Source: Eukaryota sp. GEM-RC1 (Eukaryota). Taken from it: 64,000 nucleotides of DNA. Location of the stretch: contig JAUFOQ010000003.1 in assembly GCA_040285855.1 (NCBI GenBank), positions 1,116,001-1,180,000 on the forward strand, read 5' to 3'. Positions within the stretch are counted from its first letter, which is position 1. Every line of letters starts with the position of its first letter. Shown in pieces: positions 1 through 15,000 of this stretch. The notes beneath the pieces are model-generated. The model worked only from the letters and a program-made list of their open reading frames with translations, did no database searches and had not been told where the DNA came from. Made by a program: the position numbers and the translations under genes.

Positions 1-3000
1 GAGTTACAACACCTTGAGGATCGTTAACAAATAGAACTTCAGTTGCAGGCAGAATAAAAGGTTGCCTAAACTCGAACCGGCCTTGATTTATCATTTTTGC
101 GTCAGGGAAGCATATAACGAGCAAAACTATTTCCAGTGGCTAAAGCAGTAGCAGAGTTACGAACAACATAGTGAGTAGAAAGACCAAAACCTCCACCTTG
201 CCAATTCAAATGTTCAAGAAGGTGAACTTCATCATATCCGTGCAACATTCCATCAATGATGTTAAGAGTAGAAATGTTAACAACAGTAAGAGTGTTGAAG
301 GTGACGTCACCATGTTGACACGTAACGACTCCCAGAGGGACCATTTGTTCAACAACTTTAAAGATTGCATCACCAGTTTCAACAGTTAAATCAAACTGTC
401 GTTCGAGGAAAGCATCGTCATCAAAGATCAGGGTACCATCTCTAATCGAAACATCAACACTTGAGTAGAAAATACCTTGAACATAGACAAGAGTACCATA
501 TAATAGAGAGATTTGACCATTAGCGTGGAAGTTAGAATTAGGTCCAATGTAAGAGGTTTGAGAACTAGAAACGAACCATATTCTACCCATATGACCAACA
601 TTAAATCGACCATTACCAGAAAGATACGAATATGCTTCAACTCTTCCAAAGTTTACATTAAGTTCGCCATTGACAGTGACACCCCAACATGAACTTACTC
701 TTTGAGTAAAAGATACTACTGTCGCAACTCCATTAATAATAAGTCTAGAGTCACAAACGCATGGATCATCAATGAAAGTGGCAGTGCTAGTTCGACAAGA
801 GAAAGCACCATTAGAGACGATACGCATATTACCAGTTTCAGATACAATAATTGTACTGTTGTCAAATCCAGTCATGTGACCACTTGACTGCCACTTCATT
901 TCATCGTGGACTATTACAGTAGCACCACCACGAATTCTCTTATCAGAATTACCAATAATTTCAAATTCGGAAAAATATCAACAATGATATCACCAGCAAA
1001 ACCGCCTCCAGACCATACAAATGTACCTTCTGCATCACCAGTGGAATTGACCAAAACATTATCTCCATAACCAATGATCTCAGCATTTCCAGTTAAAAGA
1101 CCAGCACCGTCAAAAGTAACAAGACCTTGACCAGTCGAAAATTTCATTACAGAATACTGGTCCAATTCAAATCCTCTAACAGAACCTAAATCATTGTCAA
1201 GAGCATCAAAGTGAAGTAAAGCTGTGCCGTCGAGACGAATACGTTCAATGTTGAGATCAATACCTCCAGTGAAGGTCACTGTACCGATAGAATATGACAG
1301 TTCTGATAGTTCAAACTCTCCCCTAATGAAAACATTGACATCTTCGTGTATAGGTTCGAAGTTAGCGACTGTTGGAGTAAAATGACCTGATCTGATAGTT
1401 TCAGATACTTTCGAGGATGCATGGAACTCATACCTAGATGACAATAATGGTTGGTTGAAGAAGATTTCAGAGCTATCTCGGACGTGGAAGTGACCGAATA
1501 CATCAAGTTGATTGCTGAAAGTGATTGACCCTCGCATATGGTTCAAGAGTGAATTTCCATTACAATGAACCCAAACACGGAACACACGATCTGCAGAGCC
1601 ATCAGTTGTTACACTGGAACCAATAAAGTTGAGTCGACGGTCAGTACCCCTAAACATTGATGCTCTCATAGTAGCTGTACCACGGATGTTGATATATGAC
1701 GTGTGAAGTAAAGTAACCCAATTGGACGTGTCAATCATGAGGTGGGATGTACTAAAGAAATTAATGATAGAATCGTGCAATAACTCTTTTGGATGTGGAT
1801 TCGGGTTTGAAGGAAGGTCTGCTCTTGGCCTACAAGTCTCAATGAAACCGTAATCACGCACATGAATTGTTCCACTATGACCATCACTATCACCTTCGAT
1901 TTTACCACAACGCCAAATGAAAGTATCCACAGTTATAGTATCACTTCCAGAAAGAGTTCCTCCATCAACAATGAGACTAAAGAAATGAAGGTTATGTCCA
2001 GTACTAAATTCAACTTCACCGTCATATAGTTCAACATCTGTGAACTCAACTGCTTGTTGACTGTTTCTAAAACGAATAAACTCATCACTACTCATAATCA
2101 GCTTTTTAGAGACAATTTCATCTGTCAAATCAGTAATTACAAACCACGAGTTTACAGCGATTGAAAAGAGATCAAAAGTCCAATTACCAGATGCTGATCT
2201 AGATTCATCAATAGTAGTGTGGGTTCGCTGAGTAAGTCGAACATCTGTAAGGTTTAAGAATGCTTGAGGACCGAAGATCCATCTACCATAATCTTGTTCA
2301 TAGAAAGAAGAGATTTCCCAGCGACCATTAAAGTATACCCTAAGATCCTTCCAGTCATTGTTTTGAGTATAATACCATTGATACATGTGCATATTTCCTG
2401 AACCAAAAGTGCGAACTGATGACTGGAAATCGTGATCATAATATTTCAGCAAAAGTCTAGAGTTGTCATTGAGATAATAATCACCAGTACTAAGAGACTT
2501 TCCATTATAAATGACAGTCACATCTCGTTCAGAAGTGTATAAATGGCGTTGTTCAATGTCAAAGTCGAGTTGAACAATGGATTCCTCAATGGGGAACTGA
2601 AGATAACCATGATTATAAAGATAAGTTTGACGAGGAGAAACAGAAGAAATGAAGGTCAAGTTACTGTGAATATTTACGACAGAATCGGCCAAGATATACC
2701 AATGAACAGGTCCTGATACGTAGAATGATCCTGGACCTCCAAGATATGCTAAAGTGTGGATATAGAGCTGTCCAGATCCATGGAAGCCCCTATCATCAGC
2801 CTTGTCAGAGTAAAGAGTTTCAAAGATATCCAATCGTCCAACTTCAATAGAACCACCAAGCCAATTTAAATCATTAATTTCAACGTTATCAGTACCGTAC
2901 AGTCCAGTAATATTGTAGCGAATTTGATTGTTCACCGCTGAATAACCGATTGAAGGCAAACAGGTAAATGATACCACGTCATTTGGATGAGGAGTTGACA

Positions 3001-6000
3001 TGTTGATGAACTCTAAGAAGACTGTGTGACCAGTGTCTAATCGAAGATAACCATTATCAATAATAAAACCTTCACCAATTAGAGGATACTGTAGATTTCG
3101 GATTACAAAGGCACCATTGCCTTCGATTAAAGTAATGGTGGTGTTCAGTGTGTGTTGTTGATCAATAACTTCAAGTAAACCCCCATTGATGTGAAGATCA
3201 ACAAATTCAAGAGCATAACGTGATTCATTGATGATCAAACGACCACACTGATTAAGAACAGTGTCAGTTAATTCATAAACATCACCAGGACTTACATGGA
3301 ATAACTGGGCACGAAGGAAGTGAACATCACAGTTTTGCAAGGTCCAATGAGTAATAGGAATACGTGCAGTGTCTAAAAACTGGAGACGTCCATAGTTTTG
3401 GATATGATGGGTATCTAAATCAAAAATACCAGAAAATCTAACCCAAGCTCCATTGGATTGGAAATCTACTCGACATGTGGGACAAGAAATAGCAGAGTTG
3501 GAAGTAAATTCATGATAAGTTCTACCTGAGAAGCTATGACCCAATTTTGAATTGAAATTGAGGGTGCAATCAGAACAGAGAGTAATGTTTGTATCAATGA
3601 AACCACCTCCACTACCAAGGGACAGAGTTCCATCATTAATCTTATTGATTGTATCGGCAGGAAAATCAACTGTCCAATGGATCAGTCTATATGAATTAGC
3701 GTTCTTAAAAGTGAAGGTGTCAGTGTTTCTAATCAAAGGGAAACTACTACCAGAAAGCCCTGTCATGGCCGTATCAAAATTGAAATTGCCAATAAACAAG
3801 CTTTCATTGTAAAGTTCAAGTAAAGCACCGTGATGACCATGAATTGTACCACCTTCGACATCAATAGTAGTGGAATTAGGACTAATTAACTGACAACTTT
3901 GCATATTCTTAGTCTTGGAAGTAGTCATCATCAAAGGATATACTGACTCAGTTCTACCATCTTGAAACCAGCCAGCTTCATAGTCAATTCCATTGTAAAC
4001 AATAGCGAGGTCAAGTCCATCCCTACCTCCATTAACTCCATCAATAAGTAAATGATCGATATGAACAGTTTTTGTGGAATTCAAACGAAGTCTTCCGTGA
4101 GTGATTTGAAGATCAAATAGTACTGGTTCAAAATCAAAGTATCGCAATTCTACTCTGGAGTTTCCAGAAATTGAGAAAGGAGGACAGTCGAAAATAGTGG
4201 CAATATCACGGAACAAAAAGTTTGTTCCACGAGGTTTAAAGTCCGAAAGAAGAACGTCTGGAGTATTACGAATTTCATAGTATCCCCCATGACCAAGGAT
4301 TACAGGGAAGTCACAATGAGTGACCGCATTACGGAATTGGGAGTTTGATGAAGATCTGTAGACTGAATCATCGACAAAGACTGTTTTGATATCTTCTACT
4401 AATAGTGTACCAGTAGTATCAAGTGAGTTGACATTGAAGAAATCTGCATTGTCACCAATATCATCAATGATGAATGTTCCATCCAGTACATCAACGTTCC
4501 CTACATTCAAATCATTACCAACATTGGTCATATCGAAACGACCAGTATCAGAAACTTCAACATTTCCAAAAGATGCAGCATTAGTAACAACATCAACTTT
4601 GTGAGTGGAGTTTCTACAGACAACGTCACCGACAGAGAGATAATCACCCACCTGAGTGATGTGAATGTTCCCAATAAAAGAATTAATACTTCCAATATCA
4701 AGATAGTGATCTGTGGAATCAAAGAAGAGAAAACTCTGTAGTCTTACTGATGGAGTAGTTGATGGTTTATTCCAACTACCACTCTGAGTAATAGTTCCTA
4801 TTTCCATTGGCTGGTTAACATTCATAAATCGCAAGGTTCCACCAGTTGTAAGTGAAACACTGTTCAAATCAAATAAGTTCTTTAAGGTTGGACGTTCCTT
4901 TGCATTGTGGAATTGTAACAAACCTCCAGTGACGTGAATGCTATCCAACTCAAGATCAGAAGGATTAAGGAAATTAATTGTACCGGTATTGTGATTGAAA
5001 TTCAAGGTAAGATTATAATAACCATTAAAATTAATTGTACCACCACTAATTGTGCGTAAACGACCTTGTAGACCATCAAATCTAGTAGTTTGTCTTACTA
5101 AGGAAGTTGAGGATCCGACGCTAAAGATAGTATTAGGCCAAAAATCAAACTGACCGTCAAGATCAGAATCACTGGGTCTTTGAGTGAATTCATTTGATTG
5201 AAGTATGAAATGGCCAGAAAGTGTTTGAACCAATCGCAACTCATTAGTTGTGTCTTCAGTTCCTAACAATTTTACAAAAGTTCCAGTGTTGGTAAAAAGA
5301 CCTCTCAAATCGTGAGAAGTGTAAGAAAGATCATGGACTCTGTAGATAAAACCAGAAAGATTATCACACAGACTACCACCACAAAGAGATCCATGTTGCC
5401 AATATCCATTATTAGTTATTGAAATTCCAGTGTAAGTAAAAAAGAATGGTCATCAATCAAGAATAATTCACCATTATTTGTGATTGAGGAGTCGTACTTA
5501 AGATGTTTAAGATGATTTGAATAAATTCTGTTGACAGAAGTGTTTGTAAAGGTCAAACTTAGAGATTCAGAAAAGTGTTTAAGGCTACCAATTCTACCAT
5601 TACCCCAAGCAAACTCTGAAGAAATGTAAACATGATCAGTACCTTCAACAATACCATGACGGATGTCAAGGCTAAGAGCTTCAGCTAAAGCATTAGAGGA
5701 AAGTCTTATAGTAGATCGATTCACAACAACATTACCAACAGAAAGAACAACAGAAGAAGTGAAGTCATCAAACGTAGCAGAAGCTCCTAATAACAGGTTC
5801 AAGGCTTCCAAAGGACACGTCGCCGATTGCTTTCTCAGCAACTATTTTACAGAATTGAGAACAAGTCCATGAACCAGCCTTCAATGAAAATCCATTCAAG
5901 AAGAAGATAGAACCAGTTGTGAACGATTGATGAGTGATTTCTAAAGAGCCAGCAACTGTCCAGACTGAATACATGTCCATATCAACAGTTCCCATAATAA

Positions 6001-9000
6001 CTGAAACTGAAGAAGAATGGAAGTCGACATGACGATCATCATCTTCTCGAGCAAATCTAGTTCTAGATGCGTGTAGTGTGATTGTAGTAGATGAAGCTGT
6101 GTTAAATTCACCATAGACATCGCCTCCAGCAGTGAAGCGGACTTCACCACTTTGAAGTTCAAACTTACCACCATTGTAAACTATAGGACGGAAGTCCATT
6201 CTCATAGTTGAAGAGCTGGTCTTACAGACATAACCATGAACAAATAAACGTGGAGCGTTGGAAATATTGTAGGAAGGTGTATTTCTCAAGTAATTATAAT
6301 GAAGATGATCATTAGTGGAAATTTCAAAGGAAGCTCCTGAATTAACACGGAGATAAGAACCGGCAAAACCACGGAGTCTTCCTCCAGACAAATGTCCTTG
6401 TGAACGCACAGTAATAGAGCAAGGGGCATTACGATAGAACACACCAAGCGTTTTAAGACCGTCTGTAGACAAAGTAGCAAAGTCAGCAAATATTCTGATT
6501 GTAATAAGACCAGACTCATAAATGAATGTAACAACATCAAAATCATCAACTCCATGAACTTCAGAATTAACAAAGACAAATAAGGTAATATAGACAACTT
6601 TGTTGGTATTGGAGTTAATAACAGTGTTTGTTGCATAAAAGTTGGTAATTCTAATTGAATCAGGGTTGGACTGGAAAGTAACACGGCTGTCAGTTGATCG
6701 TAAGGTACCGACACGAAGGTTCTCGCACTCATTGGTTCTGAACAATGCATTAGATTGAATAACAATCTCATTCAACCAGACAATAGGAGTATTTCTGATA
6801 TACAACTGACCACCATTTGCTGATACAAAATCAGGAAAAGAAATAAATGTGCGTACCCAAATTTCAATGTAACCATGATGAACATGTAAATAATCAATTG
6901 AAACGTTTCTATGTAAACCCCCAAGATAAATTCTGGCAGAGGAACCGGATGCAACAACAGAAGTAAGTTCCCATGTAAGGACCTCATCTTCAATATTGTC
7001 ATAGAAATAAATACGTGCAGGAGATGAAGCGTGTAAGGAAACAATGTCAAAAGATGAAGGTTCTCTGAAATAGAAATAACCAAAATCAATCGAAACTGAT
7101 GTGTTGAGAGCCCAAAGACCGAAGAACTGTACAATAGGTCGTCCTTGTGAACTGGTATAGGAGAGAGACATTGATCCTTCAAGTGAAGTCAAGGGACCAA
7201 TTAGTTCTGATGACTCATAAAAGACACAATTGCCTTTGTCTTGGAACACTAAACGAGAATGTCCAAAAAACTCCATTTTACTAGAAACACGACATCCATG
7301 ACGTAGAAAAACAGATGATTCTACTGCCGTAAAAACATTATCCAATATGAGTTCAGGTTCAATGACGAGGTTAACGTTGCTTAACGAAGCAGTTCCGAGT
7401 AAATAAAATTTAACCTGTGGATTGAGGACATCAACAGACAAAAACTCTGTGTCAGACGCGAAATGTACAACAGAAGTGTTATCAAGAACCAAATCAGAGT
7501 CACCATCAAAATGGACAGTACAGTCATCAACGAAATCACAAGGAGAACTGATGGTTAAGTCTACAGAATCCATGAGTTTGTAAAATGATGTACCAATAGT
7601 GGCGAAAGATGAAGAAAGAACATGAATGGAAATATCAGTGAAAATACCACCAAACCAATTGAAGTTTTCTACCACATTAATAAAGTCATTTCCAGCAATC
7701 GTAGAAAGTCCTTCAATAGTGAAATTTTGGATTGTAACTAATGAACCAGAATTGAAAATTACCTTAGCACCAGAGACATCCAGAAAAGTAAGATCAAGAG
7801 GCGAATTCAGATTGGTAAAGACCAATTCTCCACCACGTAGAGACATTCCTAAAATAATCAAATTACCATCCAACTCTTCGAAATTCAGAGATCCGCTGTA
7901 CATCTCAAGGATATGGAAGGTAAGATCCTGGGTAATTGCTTTGAACAATACAACAGCATCTCCGTCCATACATAAACCAGTGGTCTCAATGTTACCATCA
8001 ATGTTTTCAACGACAAAAGAACCACCATGAATAGAAAAGGACGGTTTGTAGATATCGCCAGTAATGTTATGAATAAGTACATTAGTGTGCTCTGTAACAA
8101 TGCTTGAGGAATTAAATCCACCACCAATATTGTCAATGGTCACTGATCCATGGGACGAATATAGTGAGGACAAAAGGAGATTTCCTGAAACGTAATCGAC
8201 GTAGAAGTGGCTGTTTTGGAGGTCAACGTTGTCTATTTCAAAGTTGCCATGAACGGCGTTGATCACGTAGTTTGAATCTTTAGCAACCAAAGAACCACCC
8301 ATAGCATTTCCACCAATGGTCTTAATCACTAGTGATGACTGTAAGAGTAATGTGGAATTGATAAAGAACCCACCATCAAAAGGACTTAAAGAAGGACTTG
8401 GGACAGAAATATAATCAATTTCGAACTTGGAATTTACGAGATCAGCTGAAGGGACATTCAGATATCCATTAATTTGCCCAACAAAAACTTCTGAATTAAC
8501 CAGTGATAAATTAGAAAGGCGACTCGGACTGTTGATTAAATCAAAATTGATAGTAGAAGAGTCAGCAATAAGCTGTTCAGTTGTTAATCCTTCGTAAAGC
8601 TTACCAAAGTGGACAGTACTTGAAACAACATCAATTGAAGCAAAGTCCAATAGTTCACTAACAGACGCAAAAGTAATACGTGTGTTGATGATTGTAGATG
8701 CTTTGATAGTAACTGATCCAGTCACATTACCAAAGTTCAATAAACCATCATTAACATACAAAGACTCAATAATGATACTGCAATTGGGAGAGTCAAAATC
8801 GACTTCTCCTTGAACATGTAAATGGGTCAAATTGAAAAAACCAGATTCAGGACATTGTGAGAATTTGAGAGAACCACCTGAAGGGACAGTAATGGAAGTC
8901 ACATTGAACACAGAACCCTTCATGAAGTGAAGATGCCCAGAGCCGATTTCGATATCTGGATTGAGAAGATATAATCCTTCAAATAAAACAGCAGATCCAT

Positions 9001-12000
9001 CACCAATGACAAGAGTTCCGCCAAGATTATCCATGGTTCTCAGCATTGATGCTGGAGGGAAAACATATTCTTCATTATAGAAACCAATAGAACATGTATC
9101 ACAAATAACAACGTCAGAATCAAAATAACCTCCACCATGAACATTAAAAATGGCATCATTAATTACAACAATATCACCGACTGTGGACAAATTCCAGTGA
9201 AGGTCAAAGTTATCAGTAACATTAAGAGTGGACACTTCAGAAACGATTAAAAGCTGGGGATACGCTCCTTCAGTACAATTATTAGTCCAAACCGAAGGTT
9301 GAATTAAGGAAATAGCAGCTGATCTAGAAACTTCGAATATAACGCCACATTCTCCAACAAAATTACTAGGACTATCTAAAAGCAAATAACCTGACAAATT
9401 GATATAGGAATTCGCACATACAGACTTAGTACCTTCAGGCAAGAACCAGATCAAAGAACCTTCTTCGATTTCTAAAGTGGTGTTGTCTATACACATTTGA
9501 CCATTACCGAAGGAAAAAATGCTTTCAATAACAAGAGGTTCAGAACGTACAGTAAAGGATCCATCAATGATGGACAAAGAGTAGATCACTGATTTTGACC
9601 GTTCTAAAACAAGGGAAGATGACTGTTCTATAGTAATTAGAGGGAAATAAAGATGATCGTCATCGCCTTTTGAGTCAGCAATAGACAAACTTCCACCAAC
9701 AAGAAGAATATCATCAACAGATAATTTGGAAAGTGATTCAAAATTCATTTGACCACCGAAAGAATGAACATAGTGGAAAAGATTCACATTCAAACTAGAA
9801 GATGATCTAGAAAACGTCAATTCTCCAGATAACATAGTAATAAGGTAGATGTCAATTTGATTAGATTCGTTAAAATGAAGCAGTCCCGCCTCATGAGTGT
9901 AATTAGCAGTAAGGTCGTAATTACCAGTGAAAACAGTACTAGAGTCTCTGGTTGTGATGAGAGCAGACTTGTTGAAACTTAGGGTAGAGTCAGTGTCAAA
10001 GGAGTAAAAGAGGGGCTCAATACAACTGACTTCAGAAACAGAAGAAAGGCACTTACCATCGAGAGTAATGGAAGTGTGTTTGAGAGAAGTATTAGTGCTT
10101 GAAAAGAAGATCCTCCTGAGAAAGACAAGTTTCCGTTCAAGAGATTGAAAAATGTAGATCCTGACACAAACGGTTCATATGAAGCAGTGTAGTGCAAGAG
10201 TAATTCAGAGGAAAATTCCAGGACAATTGATCCTCTTGTTTCTGAATAGGGAAGTTGTATAAAGGAAATGGCATTGGTAATAGTTAGCAACACCCCTTCC
10301 TTGACTAACAACACGGAGCTGTCACCAAAGTACAAATAGACTGTAGGTTTAATCTGAGTAGATCCCAACATGAAAAGACCATCAGAAATGACAGAATCAC
10401 TATTCAAGATTATTTGACCTCCATTACTTAAGGTCTTGAGATCCAGAGAAGTCATTTGAAGAGAGGACAAAAACTCTGTAGGCCCTTCAAGAAAAGAACC
10501 ACCAGTGAACACTGAAGCTCCAGTAACGATGACGTGATCTATGCCTGAACGAGTTGCGTTTTCATGGACATTGAAATAATCTGAAATAATGACATCATGA
10601 TTCGAGTTCAAGATAAGCTCAGCGCGACCTGAAAGTTTGACACGAATAAAGACCAGTTGAAAATCCAGTTCCTGAATTGACAGTTTACCAGTGATATCTA
10701 TTACTGGAAACAGAACATTAGATTCGACTTCAGAAACATAAACTGCAGATGGATAACGGAGAATTAAAGAAGAAACATCAACAACGTCCATATTGGAGAT
10801 ATGTAATACAATTGGACAATCAAAATTCTCCGCAAGTGTTAGTTCAGTAAATGAAAGAGTACCAATTCCAGCGAATGAAACAGTACCAGCGTCTGCTAAA
10901 AATGTTTGTAAAACAACACTGTTGATATCAGTGAACTCAGAACTACTAGAACAACTGGGCTGAACGAACGAAACAATTGAGACAGAATCGCAAGAGTTGA
11001 TCGAAAAGGAATCATGAGACACAACAGAATTACAGATGAAATTGGAAGTAACGTCAGCAGTGAGGAAAGTGTTGTTGGAGAAGAGTGTGGTGATTTGAGC
11101 AGAATCAGTGACAGTCACAATGGAAAAGATTGTAAAAGAGTTCAGAGTACCCACAGTTAATGATACAATATTTTCAAAAGAGACTGCACTCAATTCTCCA
11201 TTGTGGGAAGTAAACGTCTGAGATGTAAAGGGTCCCTGGAGATCTTTTAGGGTAACTAGTCCCAACGATGTAAATGTATCAAATCGACAAATTTGAGAAA
11301 CATCACTGACTGATAAGTTTAAACAGTGAAAATCAGTGAAAATAACACCTTGTTTAACTGTGGTGATATCCATTTGTTTTGACGAGTTGACAAAGGCTGA
11401 TTGGAATTTACCATCAATTGATTCAAACAAGGACGTTCCAGTAGAAGTGAAATGGTTAATTAGTACATTATCCTTAACGGATGACACAATAAAGGTTCCT
11501 GAGGAGACTACGGTGGTGAGAAAAAGCCTTTCATCAAGTGAAGATATATCAACCAACCCAGAAGATTGGGTGTTAGTAATGGTCACGTCTTTGGCCACGT
11601 CAGATATCACCAGTCTATTATTCGTAGAAGTGCTGATAGAAGCATCAAACTGTGAAATGGTGACAAATGATGATAATGAACTAATAGTGAAACGGTTGGA
11701 TGAAGTAACTGAATTGACTGTAAAGTCAACAGCGTTCAAAACCGAAAAACGGTTAGTAGAAGTAATTGAATCAACAGTCATTGTAGAATTCAATCGGTTA
11801 AAGGTCATTCTACCTGATGAAGTGATGGCATTGATACCAACATCACCATAAAGATCAGTGATTGTAAAATGATTTCGAGATTCCAAAGTCAAGATAGAAA
11901 ACTGTCCGAAAACATGATCGACATTAAAGGTGTCTGAGTTGAAAACAGACGTAGAGGAGAACACTCCATCTACATTGGACAAAGTAAAATGGACGGTTGA

Positions 12001-15000
12001 TATAATATCTTCTACAATGAAATCACGTCCAACAGTATCCAATGTAAAATGGTGATTGTTGGTGAAATTGGTAACTAGGAAATCACGTGCAATGGAGGAA
12101 AAGGTCATTGTGCCAATACCAGTATTGGATAATGTTGGGACAGCAACATCAAAAGAAATATCTGAAACAGAGAAAGAACCTGACGATGAAAGGGAATTTA
12201 TCACCAAAGATCCATTGACAGTATCAATAGAAATAGATCCTTCGTCATTTAAAATGGAATTGGACACAAAGTCACCGTTTAACCGATCAAAATCAGCAAT
12301 ACCTGAACAAGAGAAATGTGTAATATCCACATTAGAAACATCGAAAACTGTAAGTAGAGACTTGTCCATAACGGAAAGAGATAAAATGTTGAATGATTGG
12401 TGAATCATACTGAGACGAGCATCAGCTAAAGAATCTAAAGAAAAATTGGTACATTCAAACTTTTGGAGATGGTCAATTCTCAATGAACTAAAATCTGATA
12501 CAGATATAACAGGAAGAGATAAAGTATGGATAGACGAGATGTTGGCGGTAGTATTATCATATAGATACAACGATGGCAAGACTGGATTTGTAGCAAGAGT
12601 ATCAAGAGAAAAGGCTGCAACAAGTTCTAACACAATAGCATTGATAATGAGTTGGTGGTCAAAGTCATGTAAGGTAAAAGTAGAATTAGAGCCAGACAAG
12701 GACTCAATAGTTACACTACCTGGTAACTGAACAAAGTCAACATCGCCAGAATAAATCATAGAGGAAACAGACAGAGAGGTGGAACCTCCGATTTTGCTGA
12801 ACAAAACACTTTCACCTTCAATGGAGAAGTTAACAACGTTAAAAACGGGGGTAATTTCGTAAAAGACAGTCTCCACATCTTGTAATGAAATAGTGGTAAA
12901 ATCAAGCTCTTGTACACCAAACAAACAGGATGTGAAAGAAAGATTTCCAATAGTGGCATCAATAGAAGAAAGATCGGTGATGAAAGCCTTATCAAAGAAA
13001 AGGGAACCTAATGGTTTGTAAATATGAGGCGAAGCATGGTACTTTCCATTGACAATAATGGTACTATCTTCACCAGGATAAAGACGACCAGTTCCTTGGA
13101 TCATAGAGCCAGGAACAAAGGTAATAACGTTGTTAGTACAACTGATGAAGGAGTCATTGAAAAGAGTAAAAGTACCATTAATGACAGGATCGTTGGCACT
13201 GTCAATTCGAAGAAAAGAATCATATACATTAAAAATGGAACCAGTTACTATGGTGGAGTACACCCCGGGTCTAATTGTTAATGCAGAGAATAGAGTTGTT
13301 GAACCTCTGAAGAATACATTAGACAAATGATTACTGTGGGCAGAAATTAAGGAGCTTGAGGAAGAAGAGAGAGTAAAAACTGACGTCTGGGAAAACACAA
13401 GCTCAGATGATGAATAACAATGGAAAGGATTGGACGAAGTGGCTTCAATGATTGAATTGATAAATAATTTAGAATCTGGGAAGAGTCGAAGTCGACCATT
13501 TACGAAAAGATGACCGTCAACAATCATCTCTGCCCCAGGACCAAGTCTAGCATGTCTGCTCATTGAGAACTGGTCAACAATAGCTCTAGAATTCACAGGG
13601 ATCAAGATGTCATTTTCGATTCTACCACTAAACCAAGTCAAAACATTCAAAATATTAATGTGATCACCACCATAAATCCGTGGTAATTGATTGACAGGCG
13701 AATCTCCGACTACCAGATTGGTTATATTGACATCAACACCAGTCTCTAACACTAAATGGGCATCGTCAGCAACAGTAACATTGAAGATAGATACCGCAGG
13801 AATACTCGGCTGGAAGTGGAACTTTGATTCACCTGACAAGTGTAACGAACCCTTGAATGAACCAATTGGAAGCCAATCAGCACCTGATTGGACTGTATAA
13901 GTACCGTGATCGATTGAGACTTTCATATCTTGAAGTAACAAACGACTAGCAGAATGCCAGTCAACAGTGGCACCATGTTCAGCATAATCACTGTAAAAAT
14001 ACCGTACATCTGCTCTTTCCAGAAACTCAAATGAAGCCATTTCCAAGACTTGTAAGTTACCTTGTAAGAAATAATTACCAGCAAAAGAGGCATGTTGAAA
14101 CTCCAACAACACAATGTCACCAGTACCTGTAATCAAAACTCCTCTTCTAAAGACAGCAGTAGATCCGACCAAAAGTCCACCATCAATTTCATAATTACCC
14201 ATCAATTCATTGATATTAGTAAGCTTTAAATCACCCGCCGCGATCAGAACATCCTCGAAATTAGAAAATGGAATTGCAATTTCGACAAGGGAATCATTGG
14301 TATTGACACTAACTGTAGCTTGGTTAACAAAAGTAGGCTGCTGACGATCATCATAATCATGTGAAGCAGTGTAGTTGAGAAGGGCTCCTGACAAGAAATA
14401 AATAGAGGCTGCATTTAAAATGGAAGCTCCTCCTTGGAATAACAAAGGAATAACGTCATCATTGGAATCAAAATAAATGTCACCAATATTGATAAGTTGT
14501 ACATGAAGTTCTTTTCAGTAGGAGAAGTAACGTTGAAAAGATTATCGGAAATTAATGAACCTGATCCAAAAACAGTACCTCCTGAGAACAGAAAGCGATC
14601 CAACGTAGTGAAACGATCAATGATGAGAGTGGATTGATCAAACAGAAATACATCATGAAGTTCTAATTCTTCTGCTCCTGGACCTATTCTAAAAGTAGCA
14701 GACCCAGAAAGCCATATGTAAAATTGGAAAGAAGCTTGGAAATCCCAGTGGGTATTAACATCAATGAAAAAGTAACCATTATCAACTTCTAAAATGAAAT
14801 TGCGGAAGAGAAGATCGCTTTCAGAACGCCAAGCAACTAGGGAATTTGCTTCGGCATAATTTGAAGAAAAGAAGCGAACAGAGGAGTCCTTTAAAAACTC
14901 AAAAGTAGATGATGCCAAAGGTTGAAGGTTTCCATCAAGAACATAATTTCCAGCAAACGTTGCTTTTGCATTTTGTAAAACGATCAAATCACCAGAACCT

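Noticed and set aside
11336..13330. Plus-strand ORFs of 60-171 aa overlapping the giant gene
   Set aside because: Antisense shadows caused by the codon bias of the minus-strand gene.
102..14520. Frameshifts at ~105, ~973, ~5440, ~10103 and ~14513 (also ~62670) as introns or recoding sites
   Set aside because: All lie in short homopolymer runs and lack the GTATGT...CTAA..CAG signals; they are most likely sequencing indels.
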